Shown one piece after another: positions 53,386-63,784 of a DNA stretch of 64,000 nucleotides. Source of the stretch: Deltaproteobacteria bacterium (lineage in GTDB: Bacteria; Desulfobacterota; Deferrimicrobia; Deferrimicrobiales; Deferrimicrobiaceae). The notes under the pieces were generated by a model, which was not told the DNA's origin, ran no database searches, and saw only the letters and a list, made by a program, of their open reading frames with translations. The DNA lies in NCBI GenBank assembly GCA_016219515.1, contig JACRMU010000140.1, forward strand, positions 12,279-76,278, read 5' to 3'. Position numbers and translations under genes: made by a program. Each line of letters opens with the position of its first letter. Position 1 is the stretch's first letter.

Positions 53386-56292
53386 GTGACCGTCGATCCG
53401 GTGGTCGACGTGGACGGGCGCCTGGCAGGGGCGATTCATTACCTGTCGGATATCACCCGGATAAAGGAAGCGGTGAAGGAGACGGATCTCGAAATCCGGC
53501 GGCTGGGACTGCTGAACCGGCTCGGGACGCTCCTTCTCCGTGAGCCGGACCTCGACGCGGTGCTGAAGGAGGCGGTGCGGGACGTGTGCCAAACCGTAGG
53601 GCTTTCCCGCTGCGCGGTCAGGATCTTCGGCGATCCCGAACGGACGGCCGAGTTCTGTAAGCCGGACTTCCCGCCGGCAAGTCCCGATTTCTCCGTCTAC
53701 CGGAATTTCGCCGAAAGGGGGTGGAATCCCGCGGGGGAAAAGATCGTCGTCAACGACGTTCGCAGATACACCTTGCGGGGAGACCGCAGGGAGGAGGCGG
53801 AACGTTTCCGCGTGGGAGCGTTTCTCGGCATCCCCATCCATAGCCGGCAGGAGCATATCGGCATCCTCCTCCTGTGCAGGGAACGGCCGCATGTCTGGAC
53901 GGGTTCCGAGATCGCGACCGCCGAGGCCGTCGCCCGGGAGATTGCGATCGCCGCGCACCATTCGAAGGTTTTCCAAAGCCAGAGGGAATTGTCCGACCGC
54001 CTGGTCTCCCTGCTGAACAACCTCCCCGGCGTCGTCTACCGGGGGCTGCGGGACTGGTCCATCGTGTTCATCGGCGCCGACGTCCGGCGGATGACCGGCT
54101 ACCGGCCGGAGGAGCTCCTGAGCGGTTCCATGAGCTGGCGCAGCCTGATTCACCCCGACGACCTCGATCGCGTGAAACAGGTCTTCCGGGAAGCCGTGCG
54201 CGAGCGGCGCAGAGTCTTGCGGGTGGAATACCGCGCCCTGCACAAGGACGGGAGCATCCGCTGGGTCGCGGACCGGCGCCAGCTGGTCTACGACGAGGAT
54301 GGAAACTTCGCCTACGTGGACGGTTTGCTGCTGGACGTCACCGACCGGAAGGAGGCCGAGGAACAGCATCGCGAGAGCGAGCGCCGCTTCCAGGCGATCG
54401 CAGATACCGCCTCGGATGCGATGGTTTCCTCGGATTCCGCCGGGAGGATCGTGTTCTTCAACCAAAGCGCGGAGAAAATGTTCGGATACAGAAACTCGGA
54501 AATGGAGGGGAGGAGCCTTGTCCAGCTGATGCCCGAGCGGTACCGTTCCGCCCACGAGCGGGGGATGGCGAGGGTCCTGGAATCGGGCGTGACCCGCATC
54601 CTCGGTTCGACGGTCGAGCTGCACGGGTTGCGGAGGGACGGGACGGAATTTCCCATCGAACTGTCGCTGGCCTCGTGGAAAACGGGGGAAAACGTCTTTT
54701 TCACCGGGATCGTCCGGGACATCACGGCGAGGAAGAAAGCGGCGGAGGAGCTGCGGATCGCGTACGACAAGCTGCAGTCCCTGGTGGAAGCCTCGCCCGT
54801 CCCCGTCGTGGCGCTGACCAACGACGGGATCGTGACGATGTGGAACCCGGCCGCGGAGCGGGTCTTCGGCTGGGCCGGCGAGGAAGCGCTGGGCCGCCTC
54901 CTGCCGATCATTCCGGAGGAAAAACAGGAGGAGTTTCAAAAACTGCGGGAGCGGGTGATCCGCGAGAACGGTTTTTCCGGCGTGGAGGTGTGCCGGCAGA
55001 GAAAGGACGGTACCCTGGTCGACATCCGTCTTTCGACGGCGCCCATGCGGGACGCCCAGGGAAACGCCGTCGGGATGGTGGGGATTTTCGAGGACGTCAC
55101 CGAGAGCAGGCGGATGGAGAAGGCCCTCCGCGATAGCGAGGAGCAGCTTCGCCAGTCACAGAAGATCGAGGCCATCGGCCGGTTGGCGGGAGGGGTGGCG
55201 CACGACTTCAACAACCTCCTCACGGCGATCCGGGGATATTCCGACCTGCTGCTCCACCGGCTCGACGCCGGCTCCCCGCTGCGGCGGGATGTCGAAGAGA
55301 TCCAGAAGGCGGGGGAACGCGCCACGTCGCTCACGCGGCAACTGTTGGCCTTCAGCCGGAAACAGGTGCTGCAGCCGAAGGTGCTGGACCTCAACGCCAT
55401 CGTGGCCAACATGAACGGGATGCTGCGGCGGCTGATCGGCGAGGACATCGACCTGGTGACGGCCCTGCGGCCCGGCCTTTGGAGCGTGAAGGTGGACCCC
55501 GGGCAGATCGAGCAGGTCATCATGAACATCGTCGTCAACGCAAGGGACGCGATGCCGAAAGGCGGAAAACTCACCGTAGAAACCTCGAACACGGACCTGG
55601 GCGACATGTACGTGCAGCGGCATGCGATCGTCAAGGCCGGACCGTACGTGATGCTGGCCATCAGCGACACGGGCGAGGGGATGAGCGAAGCCGTGAAGAG
55701 CCGCCTGTTCGAGCCGTTCTTCACCACCAAGGAGAAGGGGAAGGGGACGGGGCTGGGGCTGTCCACCGTCTATGGAATCGTCAAGCAGAGCGGCGGCTAC
55801 ATCTGGGTCTACAGCGAGCCGGGGAAAGGCAGCACCTTCAAGGTGTATTTCCCCCGCGTCCGGGGCGCCGCCGATTCGAAGAAGGAACGTGAGAAGGATC
55901 CCTTGCCCTCCGGCAGGGAGAGCGTCCTCGTCGTGGAGGACGAGGAGGTCGTGCGGTCGCTGGTCCGGGACATCCTGAAGGAGAGCGGCTACACGGTGCT
56001 GACGGCGTCCGACGGCGACGAGGCCCTTAAAATCGGCAGGGAGCACAAGGGTCCCATTCACCTGATCGTTACGGACGTCGTGATGCCGAAGATGGGCGGC
56101 CGCCAAGCGGCGGAATCCCTCGCGCCGCACCTGCCCGGGGTCAAGGTCCTCTACATGTCGGGCTACACGGACGACGCCATCGTTCACCACGGGGTGCTCG
56201 ATCCCGGCATCCCCTTCCTCCAGAAACCCTTCACGCCCGAATCCCTGCTGCGCAAGATTCGCGAGGTGCTGGACAATTCATCGGCGGAGTGA
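53386..56292 (+). CDS. Hybrid sensor histidine kinase/response regulator: GAF, 3-4 PAS, HisKA, HATPase_c, C-terminal receiver; 968 aa as called (probably longer, see PAS fragment upstream)
   Basis: GAF (LKEAVRDVCQTVGLSRCAVRIFGD...). PAS repeats with DVTDRKEAE / DITARKKA / DVTESRRME linkers. H-box [25 protein letters not shown]-boxes DTGEGM/GKGTGLGL, receiver VLVVEDEEVVRS...LIVTDVVMPKMGG. Paralog of the kinase at 22236. Confidence 0.8.
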   Translation: MTVDPVVDVDGRLAGAIHYLSDITRIKEAVKETDLEIRRLGLLNRLGTLLLREPDLDAVLKEAVRDVCQTVGLSRCAVRIFGDPERTAEFCKPDFPPASPDFSVYRNFAERGWNPAGEKIVVNDVRRYTLRGDRREEAERFRVGAFLGIPIHSRQEHIGILLLCRERPHVWTGSEIATAEAVAREIAIAAHHSKVFQSQRELSDRLVSLLNNLPGVVYRGLRDWSIVFIGADVRRMTGYRPEELLSGSMSWRSLIHPDDLDRVKQVFREAVRERRRVLRVEYRALHKDGSIRWVADRRQLVYDEDGNFAYVDGLLLDVTDRKEAEEQHRESERRFQAIADTASDAMVSSDSAGRIVFFNQSAEKMFGYRNSEMEGRSLVQLMPERYRSAHERGMARVLESGVTRILGSTVELHGLRRDGTEFPIELSLASWKTGENVFFTGIVRDITARKKAAEELRIAYDKLQSLVEASPVPVVALTNDGIVTMWNPAAERVFGWAGEEALGRLLPIIPEEKQEEFQKLRERVIRENGFSGVEVCRQRKDGTLVDIRLSTAPMRDAQGNAVGMVGIFEDVTESRRMEKALRDSEEQLRQSQKIEAIGRLAGGVAHDFNNLLTAIRGYSDLLLHRLDAGSPLRRDVEEIQKAGERATSLTRQLLAFSRKQVLQPKVLDLNAIVANMNGMLRRLIGEDIDLVTALRPGLWSVKVDPGQIEQVIMNIVVNARDAMPKGGKLTVETSNTDLGDMYVQRHAIVKAGPYVMLAISDTGEGMSEAVKSRLFEPFFTTKEKGKGTGLGLSTVYGIVKQSGGYIWVYSEPGKGSTFKVYFPRVRGAADSKKEREKDPLPSGRESVLVVEDEEVVRSLVRDILKESGYTVLTASDGDEALKIGREHKGPIHLIVTDVVMPKMGGRQAAESLAPHLPGVKVLYMSGYTDDAIVHHGVLDPGIPFLQKPFTPESLLRKIREVLDNSSAE

Positions 56293-56301
56293 CCTGTCCG
56301 C

Positions 56302-56658
56302 GTGATCGCCTTCAACCGCACCCGGGGGGAATTCCTGGGAGACCGGATCGGGCTCGCGAGGAATTTTCTCGAAAGGGCGCGCGGGCTCCTGGGCCGAAGA
56401 CCGCCCGGGGAAGGGGGAGGGCTGTGGATCGCCCCTTGCCGCTGCGTCCACACGTTCGGAATGTCCTTTCCCATCGACGTCCTGTTCCTCGACGGGACCG
56501 GCCGGGTGGTCGGCCTCCATCCGAATCTCCCGCCGGGCCGGCTCACGCGGTATTACCCGGGGGCCGCCGGGGCGCTGGAACTGCCCGCCGGAGTCGTCCC
56601 GCGGACGAACACGGCGCGGGGCGATCTCGTTGAGTTCCGGGAAGAGCAGGCGTGTTGA
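56302..56658 (+). CDS. DUF192 domain protein (COG1430), 118 aa
   Basis: GLLGRRPPGEGGGLWIAPCRCVHTFGMSFPIDVLFLDGTGRVVGL matches the DUF192 core (H-T-F-G-M, IDV-F-D). Confidence 0.6.
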   Translation: MIAFNRTRGEFLGDRIGLARNFLERARGLLGRRPPGEGGGLWIAPCRCVHTFGMSFPIDVLFLDGTGRVVGLHPNLPPGRLTRYYPGAAGALELPAGVVPRTNTARGDLVEFREEQAC

Positions 56659-57574
56659 CGGGCATGCCGGGGTTTTTCCCGGCGGCCAGGGGGATTTGTT
56701 GAATCCGCGCGAACTCACGGAACGGGCGCAACGGCTCCTCGCCCGGCTCTCCTCGTGCGACATCTGCCCGAGAATGTGCCGGGTCGACCGGACGGCGGGG
56801 GAACCGGGGGTCTGCCGGACGGGGCGGTACGCAAGGATTGCCTCCTTCGGCCCGCACTTCGGAGAAGAGGCGCCCCTGACGGGGATCCGCGGCTCCGGAA
56901 CCGTCTTCTTCTCCCAATGCAACCTCCATTGCGCCTTCTGCCAGAACTACGACATCAGCCACTTCGAGGAAGGCGGGGAGGCGGACGCCGAATCTCTGGC
57001 GGGCGTCTTCCTCTCGCTCCAGAAAACGGGGTGCCACAACCTCAACCTGGTCACGCCGACGCACGTGACCCCGCAGATCGTGGAGGCGCTCGCCGTGGCC
57101 GCGAACCGCGGGCTGTCGGTGCCGGTGGTGTACAACTGCGGCGGCTACGAGAAGGTGGAGACGCTGCGGGAGCTCGAAGGAGCGGTCGACATTTACATGC
57201 CGGACGTGAAGTTCCAGGACGGGGCGCCGGCCTCGCGATACTGCGACGCTCCCGACTACCCGGATGTGGTCCGGGCTGCGGTGAAGGAGATGGCGCGGCA
57301 GGTAGGGCCTCTTCTCCTCGACCGGCACGGGATCGCGCAAAGAGGGCTCCTCGTCCGCCACCTGGTGATGCCGAACGAAGCTTCCACGACCCGGCAGGTG
57401 ATCGATTTCCTGGCCTCCGAGATCGGGACGGACACCTACCTCAACCTGATGGACCAGTACCGGCCGTGCGGCCGGGCGTTTTCCTTCCCCGAGATCGGGC
57501 GGCGGACCTCCCGCGAGGAGTGGGGCGAAGCCAGGGATTACGCGCTGCGGAAAGGGATGACACGGCTCGGATGA
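56630..57574 (+). CDS. Radical SAM protein of the PflX (pyruvate formate-lyase activating enzyme-like, COG1313) family, about 290-314 aa
   Basis: PflX-type N-terminal C-x2-C-x3-C (SSCDICPRMCRVDRTAGEPGVCRTGR) followed by radical-SAM CNLHCAFCQNYDIS. The listed ATG 56630 overlaps DUF192; TTG 56696 is an alternative start. Confidence 0.65.
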   Translation: MSSGKSRRVDGHAGVFPGGQGDLLNPRELTERAQRLLARLSSCDICPRMCRVDRTAGEPGVCRTGRYARIASFGPHFGEEAPLTGIRGSGTVFFSQCNLHCAFCQNYDISHFEEGGEADAESLAGVFLSLQKTGCHNLNLVTPTHVTPQIVEALAVAANRGLSVPVVYNCGGYEKVETLRELEGAVDIYMPDVKFQDGAPASRYCDAPDYPDVVRAAVKEMARQVGPLLLDRHGIAQRGLLVRHLVMPNEASTTRQVIDFLASEIGTDTYLNLMDQYRPCGRAFSFPEIGRRTSREEWGEARDYALRKGMTRLG

Positions 57575-58941
57575 ATGTCCCCGTGAAACGTTTTCTGGAG
57601 GAGGTGTTCCGGGCGGCGGTGGCCGCCGTCGACCCGGCGCGGCTGGTCCTTCGGGCCCTCTCGCGGTCTCCCGAAGGGATCGCCCTTTCCGCGGGCGAAG
57701 GTTCCGCCTTTGCGCGGTGGGACTCGATCCGGGACGTCTATCTCGTGGGAGGAGGGAAGGCCGGGAGGGCGATGGGCGAGGCGGCGGCGGGAATTTTCGA
57801 AGGGAAGGTGGCCGCCGGAGCGATTGCCGTGCCTTCCGGGAAGGGAGGGGCGGCAGGGCCCCTCCGGTTCATCGAAGCGGGCCATCCGTATCCCGACGAG
57901 GGGAGCCGGGAGGCGGCCGAGGAGATGCTCCGCATCCTTTCCGCGGCCGGGGAGGAAGATTTCGTCGTCGCGCTTCTCTCCGGCGGCGGCTCCGCAATGA
58001 TCTGCGCTCCCGCCGCCGGGATTTCCCTCGCGGAGAAGGGAGAGGCGACCCGCCTGCTGCTGCACGCGGGAGCCGGCATCGGGGAAATCAACGCGGTACG
58101 CAAGCACCTTTCGCGAGTCAAGGGGGGCGGGATGGCTCGTGCCGCGCATCCCGCGCGCGTCTTCGCGCTTCTTTTGTCCGACGTTCCCGGCGACGATCCT
58201 TCCGTCATCGCCTCGGGGCCGTTTTCGCCCGACCCGACCGCCTTTGAAGGCGTCGTGGAGACCCTCGTCCGGCGGGAGGCCCACACCCGCCTGCCGGAAT
58301 CCGTCCGCGCGCGCATCGAAGCCGGACTCGCCGGGACCGTACCGGAGACCCCGAAGCCGGGCGATCCGGCATTCGACCGGATCGCATGCGCCGTCGTCGG
58401 TTCGAATTCGACCGCACTGGAAGCGGCTTTTGCCGCCGCGAAGCGGGCGGGAATCGGAAGCGTCCGGATTCTTCCCGGGTTCCTGCGGGGGGAAGCGCGC
58501 GAGTGCGCCCGCGCTTTCGTGGCGGAGCTGCGGAAGGCATCCGCCTCCGCGCCCCCGGAAAGCCCGGCGGTCCTGATCGCGGGAGGGGAGGCGGCGGTGA
58601 CGGTGCGGGGCGGCGGCAACGGCGGGCGGTGCCAGGAGTTCGCCCTATCCGCGGCGATCGAAATCGACGGGGAGGAAGGAGTTGCGGTCCTGTGCGCGGG
58701 GACCGACGGGGTCGACGGGCCTACGGACGCCGCGGGGGCGTTCGCGGACGGCTCGACCTGTTCGCGCGCGGCTGTCCTCGGCCTTTCCCCCGGAGACCAC
58801 CTGGAGAATAACGATGCCTTCCCGCTTTTCCGGGCGCTGTCGGACCTGCTGGCCACCGGTCCGACGGGGACCAACGTCGCCGACATCGCCGTGGGATGGG
58901 CCCGTGCCGGGGCGCCCCTCCGCGCGGGGAGCCCTCCTTGA
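57571..58941 (+). CDS. Glycerate 2-kinase family protein (DUF4147 + MOFRL domains), 456 aa
   Basis: ATG 57571 overlapping previous stop (ATGA). GGGKAGRAMGEAA, LLSGGGSAMICAPA, HLSRVKGGG, AGTDGVDGPTDAAGA are characteristic MOFRL-family glycerate kinase blocks. Confidence 0.75.
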   Translation: MNVPVKRFLEEVFRAAVAAVDPARLVLRALSRSPEGIALSAGEGSAFARWDSIRDVYLVGGGKAGRAMGEAAAGIFEGKVAAGAIAVPSGKGGAAGPLRFIEAGHPYPDEGSREAAEEMLRILSAAGEEDFVVALLSGGGSAMICAPAAGISLAEKGEATRLLLHAGAGIGEINAVRKHLSRVKGGGMARAAHPARVFALLLSDVPGDDPSVIASGPFSPDPTAFEGVVETLVRREAHTRLPESVRARIEAGLAGTVPETPKPGDPAFDRIACAVVGSNSTALEAAFAAAKRAGIGSVRILPGFLRGEARECARAFVAELRKASASAPPESPAVLIAGGEAAVTVRGGGNGGRCQEFALSAAIEIDGEEGVAVLCAGTDGVDGPTDAAGAFADGSTCSRAAVLGLSPGDHLENNDAFPLFRALSDLLATGPTGTNVADIAVGWARAGAPLRAGSPP

Positions 58942-58971
58942 CACCCCGGTTTCCGCGCTGGTACATTGGGA

Positions 58972-58998
58972 TTAGCACTCGGAGCAGCGGAGTGCTAA
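58972..58998 (+). promoter_or_regulatory. CIRCE operator (TTAGCACTC-N9-GAGTGCTAA), HrcA binding site
   Basis: Perfect 9-bp inverted repeat ttagcactc ggagcagcg gagtgctaa 23 nt upstream of the hrcA start. Confidence 0.9.
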
Positions 58999-59020
58999 TC
59001 CGGACGGTCGGAAGGCGGCG

Positions 59021-60058
59021 GTGACCGGAGCGTTGGACGACCGCGGGGCGCAGGTGCTGCGCCACGTGGTGGAAGATTACATCGAGACGGCGGAGCCGGT
59101 CGGCTCGCGCACCATTTCCAAGAGGATGGAGCAGCATCTCTCTCCCGCCACGATCCGCAACATCATGGCGGATCTCGAGGAGATGGGCTACCTGGTCCAG
59201 CCCCACACCTCCGCCGGCCGTGTCCCCACCGGCGCGGGGTTCCGTTACTACGTCGACTATCTCCTGGCGCGGCGGCGGCTGGCGAGGCCGCAGCGAGACC
59301 AGTTCCAGAGGATGGCGGGGGAAGCGGGAGGGTCCGCCGACGAGCTGGTGCGGCAGGTGAGCCGCCTCGTTTCGACCCTCTCCCGGCAGGCGTGCGTGGT
59401 GGTCGTCGCCCGCCTTTCGAGCCAGCCGTTGCGCTCCCTGAACCTCCTGCGCGCGGGCGCCGACAAGGTCCTTCTGGTCATCGTCACCCAGGGAGGATGG
59501 GTCGAACACCGGCTCATCGAAGGCGAGACGGGCCTGTCGGGCGACGATATCGGAAAGATCAACGCATACCTCAACGAGCTCGCCGACGGCCTCTCCCTCC
59601 ACGAGCTGCGGGGAAAGATCCTCCGGGAGATGAAGCAGGAGAAGGCGCGGTACGACCGGCTGATGCAGCGGGCGCTGCAGCTCAGCGCGAGGGCGCTCGA
59701 GGAGAGCAGCCCCACGGAGGTGTACGTCGAGGGAAGGGCCAACATCCTGGAGCAGCCGGAGTTCGCGGAGGACGTCCAGAAGCTCAAACGGATCCTGCGG
59801 GCGTTCGAGGAGAAGAGCGTCATCGTCCGCCTGCTCGACCGGACGCTCGAGGGCGACGCCATCCAGGTTTCGATCGGGTCGGAAAATCCGGTCGAGGGCT
59901 TTCCCGACATTTCGGTGGTGTCCTCCGGGTATCGCCTGGGAGAGTCCGTAACGGGCAGCATCGGTCTGATCGGCCCCGTCCGCATGGATTACTCCCGGAT
60001 CATCCCCCTCGTGGAATATTCGGCAAGACTCTTAAGTTCCACCTTCGAGCATCGGTAA
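59021..60058 (+). CDS. hrcA: Heat-inducible transcription repressor HrcA, 345 aa
   Basis: GTG start. N-terminal wHTH (LDDRGAQVLRHVVEDYIETAEPVGSRTISK...SPATIRNIMADLEEMGYL) and HrcA C-terminal domain. Preceded by CIRCE. Confidence 0.9.
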   Translation: MTGALDDRGAQVLRHVVEDYIETAEPVGSRTISKRMEQHLSPATIRNIMADLEEMGYLVQPHTSAGRVPTGAGFRYYVDYLLARRRLARPQRDQFQRMAGEAGGSADELVRQVSRLVSTLSRQACVVVVARLSSQPLRSLNLLRAGADKVLLVIVTQGGWVEHRLIEGETGLSGDDIGKINAYLNELADGLSLHELRGKILREMKQEKARYDRLMQRALQLSARALEESSPTEVYVEGRANILEQPEFAEDVQKLKRILRAFEEKSVIVRLLDRTLEGDAIQVSIGSENPVEGFPDISVVSSGYRLGESVTGSIGLIGPVRMDYSRIIPLVEYSARLLSSTFEHR

Positions 60059-60119
60059 ACGAAAAAAACCGGTTTTTCCCGCGGGCGACTCTTGCGGTTC
60101 GACAGGAGAGGGAAGCGTC

Positions 60120-60725
60120 ATGAAGGATAAGGAAAAGGATCTTCCGGAGGAAACGCACCCCGGCGAGAACGGACCGGTCCCCGAAGAAGAGGGGCGGGAG
60201 GCGGCGGCCCCTCCGGGAGAACCCTCGGGGGAGCTGGAGGAGACGAAACGCCGCCTGGCCTACCTTGCCGCGGAGTTCGACAACTACCGGAAACGGACCG
60301 CGCGGGAAAGAGAGGCGCTCGTCGCTTTCGGGAACGAGCGTCTGCTCCGCGCCGTCCTGCCCTTTCTCGACAACCTGGAACGGGCGATGTCGCAGGCGGC
60401 CGGGGCGAAGGGGTCCGTCGAGAGGCTGCTGGCGGGAGTGCGCCTGACGTACGAACAGTTCCTTTCCGAGCTGCGGAAATTCGGGCTGGAGCGGATCTCC
60501 TCGGAAGGGGAGAGGTTCGACCCGAGCCTGCACGAAGCGATCGCGCAGATGGCGCAGGAAGGGAAACCGGAAGGGACGATCCTGTCCGAGGCCCGGAGGG
60601 GGTACCTTCTGAACGGCCGTTTGCTTCGGCCCTCTCAGGTGATCGTGGCGCAGGCGGAGCCGCCGCGGGCCCCCGGGCAGGGGGACGGCCCGGATTCCGA
60701 CGACCTCCCGGGCCGGGGCGACTGA
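60120..60725 (+). CDS. grpE: Nucleotide exchange factor GrpE, 201 aa
   Basis: Acidic N-terminus. GrpE core ([45 protein letters not shown]...[21 protein letters not shown]...FDPSLHEAI). Confidence 0.9.
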   Translation: MKDKEKDLPEETHPGENGPVPEEEGREAAAPPGEPSGELEETKRRLAYLAAEFDNYRKRTAREREALVAFGNERLLRAVLPFLDNLERAMSQAAGAKGSVERLLAGVRLTYEQFLSELRKFGLERISSEGERFDPSLHEAIAQMAQEGKPEGTILSEARRGYLLNGRLLRPSQVIVAQAEPPRAPGQGDGPDSDDLPGRGD

Positions 60726-60726
60726 C

Positions 60727-61833
60727 GTGGCCAAGCGCGACTATTACGAGGTGCTGGGCGTTTCCCGCGACAGCGGACCCGACGAGCTCAAGAAGGCCTT
60801 CCGGCAGCTGGCCCTAAAGCACCATCCCGACCGGAATCCGGGCGATAAGGCCGCCGAGGATAAGTTCAAGGAGGTCAACGAGGCCTACTCCGTCCTTTCG
60901 GACCCGGCGAAGCGGCAGCAGTACGACACGTTCGGGCATACGGGCCCCGCGGGCCAGGGGTTCGGGGATGCCGGCGACTTCCATTTCGGCGGGGTGGAGG
61001 ACCTCCTCAACGAGTTCTTCGGCTTCGGGTCGATCTTCGGCGGCGGACGCCAGGGGGCGCGCCGCGGCGCGGACCTCCGTTACAACCTGGAGGTCGCGTT
61101 CGAGGAGGCGGCGTTCGGGACGGAGAAGGAGATCGTCATCCCCCGGACGACGGCCTGTCGCGAATGCTCGGGAAGCGGCGCGAAGAAGGGGACCCGTCCC
61201 GAGCGGTGCGCGGCGTGCAACGGGCGGGGGCAGGTTTCCGTCCAGCAGGGGTTCTTTTCGATGACCCGGACGTGCGGACGCTGCCGGGGGACCGGCCAGA
61301 TCGTCAAGGAGTATTGTCCCCGCTGCTCGGGCAGCGGAGCGGTGAAGGAAAGCCGGACGCTCAAGGTGAAGGTCCCCGCCGGCGTCGACAACGGCACGAG
61401 GCTGAAACTCCGGGGGGAGGGCGAGGCCGGGCCGGGCGGAGGTTCCCCGGGCGACCTGTACGTGGTGATATCGGTACGGGAGCACCCCATCTTCGTGCGC
61501 GAAGCGGAGCATCTGCTGTGCGAGGTGCCGATCACATTTTCCCAGGCCGCGCTCGGGGACGAGATCGAGGTCCCGACGCTCTCCGGGAAGAGGAAGCTTT
61601 CCATCCCGCAAGGGACGCAATCCGGCCAGCAGTTCGTCCTGAAGGGAGAAGGGGTCGCCGTCCTTTCCGGGCACCGGCGCGGCAACCTCGTGATCCGGGT
61701 CGTGATCGAGGTCCCGAAGAAGCTCTCCAAGCGGCAGAAAGAGCTGCTCGTCGAGTTCCAGCAGGTTTCGGGCGAATCCCCCGGGCCCATGTCCCGCAGC
61801 TTCTTCGAGAAGGTCAAGGAGATCTTCGGTTGA
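60727..61833 (+). CDS. dnaJ: Molecular chaperone DnaJ, 368 aa
   Basis: GTG start 1 nt after the grpE stop. J-domain ([36 protein letters not shown]), G/F region, four CxxCxGxG zinc-finger repeats ([32 protein letters not shown]). Confidence 0.9.
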   Translation: MAKRDYYEVLGVSRDSGPDELKKAFRQLALKHHPDRNPGDKAAEDKFKEVNEAYSVLSDPAKRQQYDTFGHTGPAGQGFGDAGDFHFGGVEDLLNEFFGFGSIFGGGRQGARRGADLRYNLEVAFEEAAFGTEKEIVIPRTTACRECSGSGAKKGTRPERCAACNGRGQVSVQQGFFSMTRTCGRCRGTGQIVKEYCPRCSGSGAVKESRTLKVKVPAGVDNGTRLKLRGEGEAGPGGGSPGDLYVVISVREHPIFVREAEHLLCEVPITFSQAALGDEIEVPTLSGKRKLSIPQGTQSGQQFVLKGEGVAVLSGHRRGNLVIRVVIEVPKKLSKRQKELLVEFQQVSGESPGPMSRSFFEKVKEIFG

Positions 61834-63767
61834 AGCGCAGTTTCGCGGGTTTCCTGGGGTTCCTCCTCCTGGCCGCGTGGTGCGCCGCGGCGCGCGGAGA
61901 GGCCCTGCCCGCCGCTCCCGCTCCGGACACCGTTCCCGTTCCCCGGCCCGCATCCCTCGCCGCGTCCCGCTCCCTGCCGATCCTTTCCTTCTGGCGCGCG
62001 GAGAGGGAGTTTCAGGCAGGCCGGCCGGACGAGGCCCTTTCCCTCTTCCTCGACCTGGCCTACAACTACCCCGACGACGAGCGGAAGGGGTTCGTCTGGA
62101 TGCGCGTGGGGGAGGTGCTGCTCGCCAAGGGAGACCTCCAGCCGGCCCTCTCCGCGGCGGACAAGGCGATCCTCCTTTCCCGCGCCCGGTTTCTTTCGCT
62201 GTCCGCGATGGATCTGAAATTCCGCGTGTACCAGCGAATGCATTGGGGGGCCGAAGCGCGGCAGGTGGCCGCCTACCTCCTGGAGCAGAGGTACATCCAC
62301 GCCGATCCCCCGAAGCTCCTCGCGGTCATGGCCCGCGCCGACGCGGAAAGCGGCAGGATCGCCCAGGCCATGGGGCTGTTCCGCCGCGCGGCCTCGGCGG
62401 CGGGCACGCCGGAGGAGGCGGCGAAGATCCGCGCGGAGAGGGACGCCCTGATCGACGGGTTCACCGACATCCTTGCCCTGAGGGAGGCGGCGGAAGCGGA
62501 AGAGGAGGCGGCGGTGAAGGCCCGCCTCTTCCTGGCGCTGGGGAAAGCGGCCTCGAAAAAAGGATTCACCGGCATGGGGGCCTTCGCCCTGGAGAAGGCG
62601 GCGCGCGCGGGCGGCCCCAGCGGGCATGAGGCGGCGGAGCAGCTCTACCGGCTGGAGAAGATCGTCGCCTCGCGTCCGAAGATCGTCGGGCTCCTTCCCT
62701 TGAGCGGGAAACTCGGAGACCTCGGATTCGCCGTCCTCTCGGGGGCGGAGGTGGCCCTACGGCAGGCGCGTCCGAAGGGGCCGGAGGCGTCTCACCCGGT
62801 CCTCCGCTGGACGGACACCGGCGGCCAGCCGGACCGCGCGCGCAAGGAGTTTCTCGCGGCGGCCTCGGACCGCAGCGTCGTCGGGTTCCTGGGGCCCCTG
62901 ACGGGCGAGGAAGGGCGCTCCGTCGGAGTCGCCATCGGCCCGAAGTCTCCCCCGGTCCTCTATCTCGGCCAGAAGGGGATCCCCGAGAAGCCGTTTCTCT
63001 ACGGGTTCGGCCTCTCCCCGCTCCAGGAGGCCCGGGCGGTGCTCGCGCATCTGCAGAAGAACGGGCAGTCCAACCTGCTCCTCCTCTACCCGGAAAACGG
63101 CTACGGGAGGGGATTCGCGGAGGCGGTGGCCGCGGCGGCCAGGGAAACCGGGATCCGGACGAGCCGCAGCGTCTCCTATGCGCCCGACCTGAAGGACTTC
63201 ACGGAGGTGATCAAGAAGGCGGTGGGGGCCTCCGCCTTCGCGCGCGACGCGAAGACGAAGGAAAAAGGGAAGGGGATGAAGCTTCGGCAGGAAGCGGTCG
63301 TGGTGGCCGACCGGTGGGACCGGGTCTTCCTCCTCGCCTCGCAGCTCCGCTACTACAACGTCTACCTGCCGCTGGCCGGTTTTTCGGGGTGGAACGACGA
63401 AGATCTGATCCGGAAGGCCGGCGACGCCGTGGCGGGGTCGGTGTTTTCCGTGGATTACGCGGACGCGATCCCCGGCACGCAGGGAGAACGGTTCCGGGCC
63501 GATTACCAGGAGGCGCTGCGGAGCGCCCCCTCGCGCTTCGAAGCGATGGGGTACGACGGGGCGACGCTCCTTGCGGAAGCGTACCGCCTGGAAACCGGGA
63601 AGGAGGCCCGCTCCGCCGGGGAGGCATCCCGCGAGCGGATTCCCCGGCTGAAGATCTTCCGGGGGGTCACCGGCGCCTTCCAGTTCGGGCCGTCGGGAGA
63701 CATGCGCAGGAAAGTCTTCCTCCTGCGGGTGGAGCTGGGGAACTTCGTCCCGGTGCCGGAATCGTAG
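61830..63767 (+). CDS. Periplasmic protein with N-terminal TPR-like region and C-terminal type-I periplasmic-binding-protein fold (penicillin-binding-protein activator LpoA-like), about 645 aa
   Basis: TTG 61830 overlapping the dnaJ stop. Signal peptide [23 protein letters not shown]. Helical TPR-like first half. Second half ([15 protein letters not shown]...[12 protein letters not shown]...) resembles the LivK/LpoA-type PBP fold. Confidence 0.45.
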   Translation: MKRSFAGFLGFLLLAAWCAAARGEALPAAPAPDTVPVPRPASLAASRSLPILSFWRAEREFQAGRPDEALSLFLDLAYNYPDDERKGFVWMRVGEVLLAKGDLQPALSAADKAILLSRARFLSLSAMDLKFRVYQRMHWGAEARQVAAYLLEQRYIHADPPKLLAVMARADAESGRIAQAMGLFRRAASAAGTPEEAAKIRAERDALIDGFTDILALREAAEAEEEAAVKARLFLALGKAASKKGFTGMGAFALEKAARAGGPSGHEAAEQLYRLEKIVASRPKIVGLLPLSGKLGDLGFAVLSGAEVALRQARPKGPEASHPVLRWTDTGGQPDRARKEFLAAASDRSVVGFLGPLTGEEGRSVGVAIGPKSPPVLYLGQKGIPEKPFLYGFGLSPLQEARAVLAHLQKNGQSNLLLLYPENGYGRGFAEAVAAAARETGIRTSRSVSYAPDLKDFTEVIKKAVGASAFARDAKTKEKGKGMKLRQEAVVVADRWDRVFLLASQLRYYNVYLPLAGFSGWNDEDLIRKAGDAVAGSVFSVDYADAIPGTQGERFRADYQEALRSAPSRFEAMGYDGATLLAEAYRLETGKEARSAGEASRERIPRLKIFRGVTGAFQFGPSGDMRRKVFLLRVELGNFVPVPES

Positions 63768-63784
63768 GCAGGTCCACACCCCCC

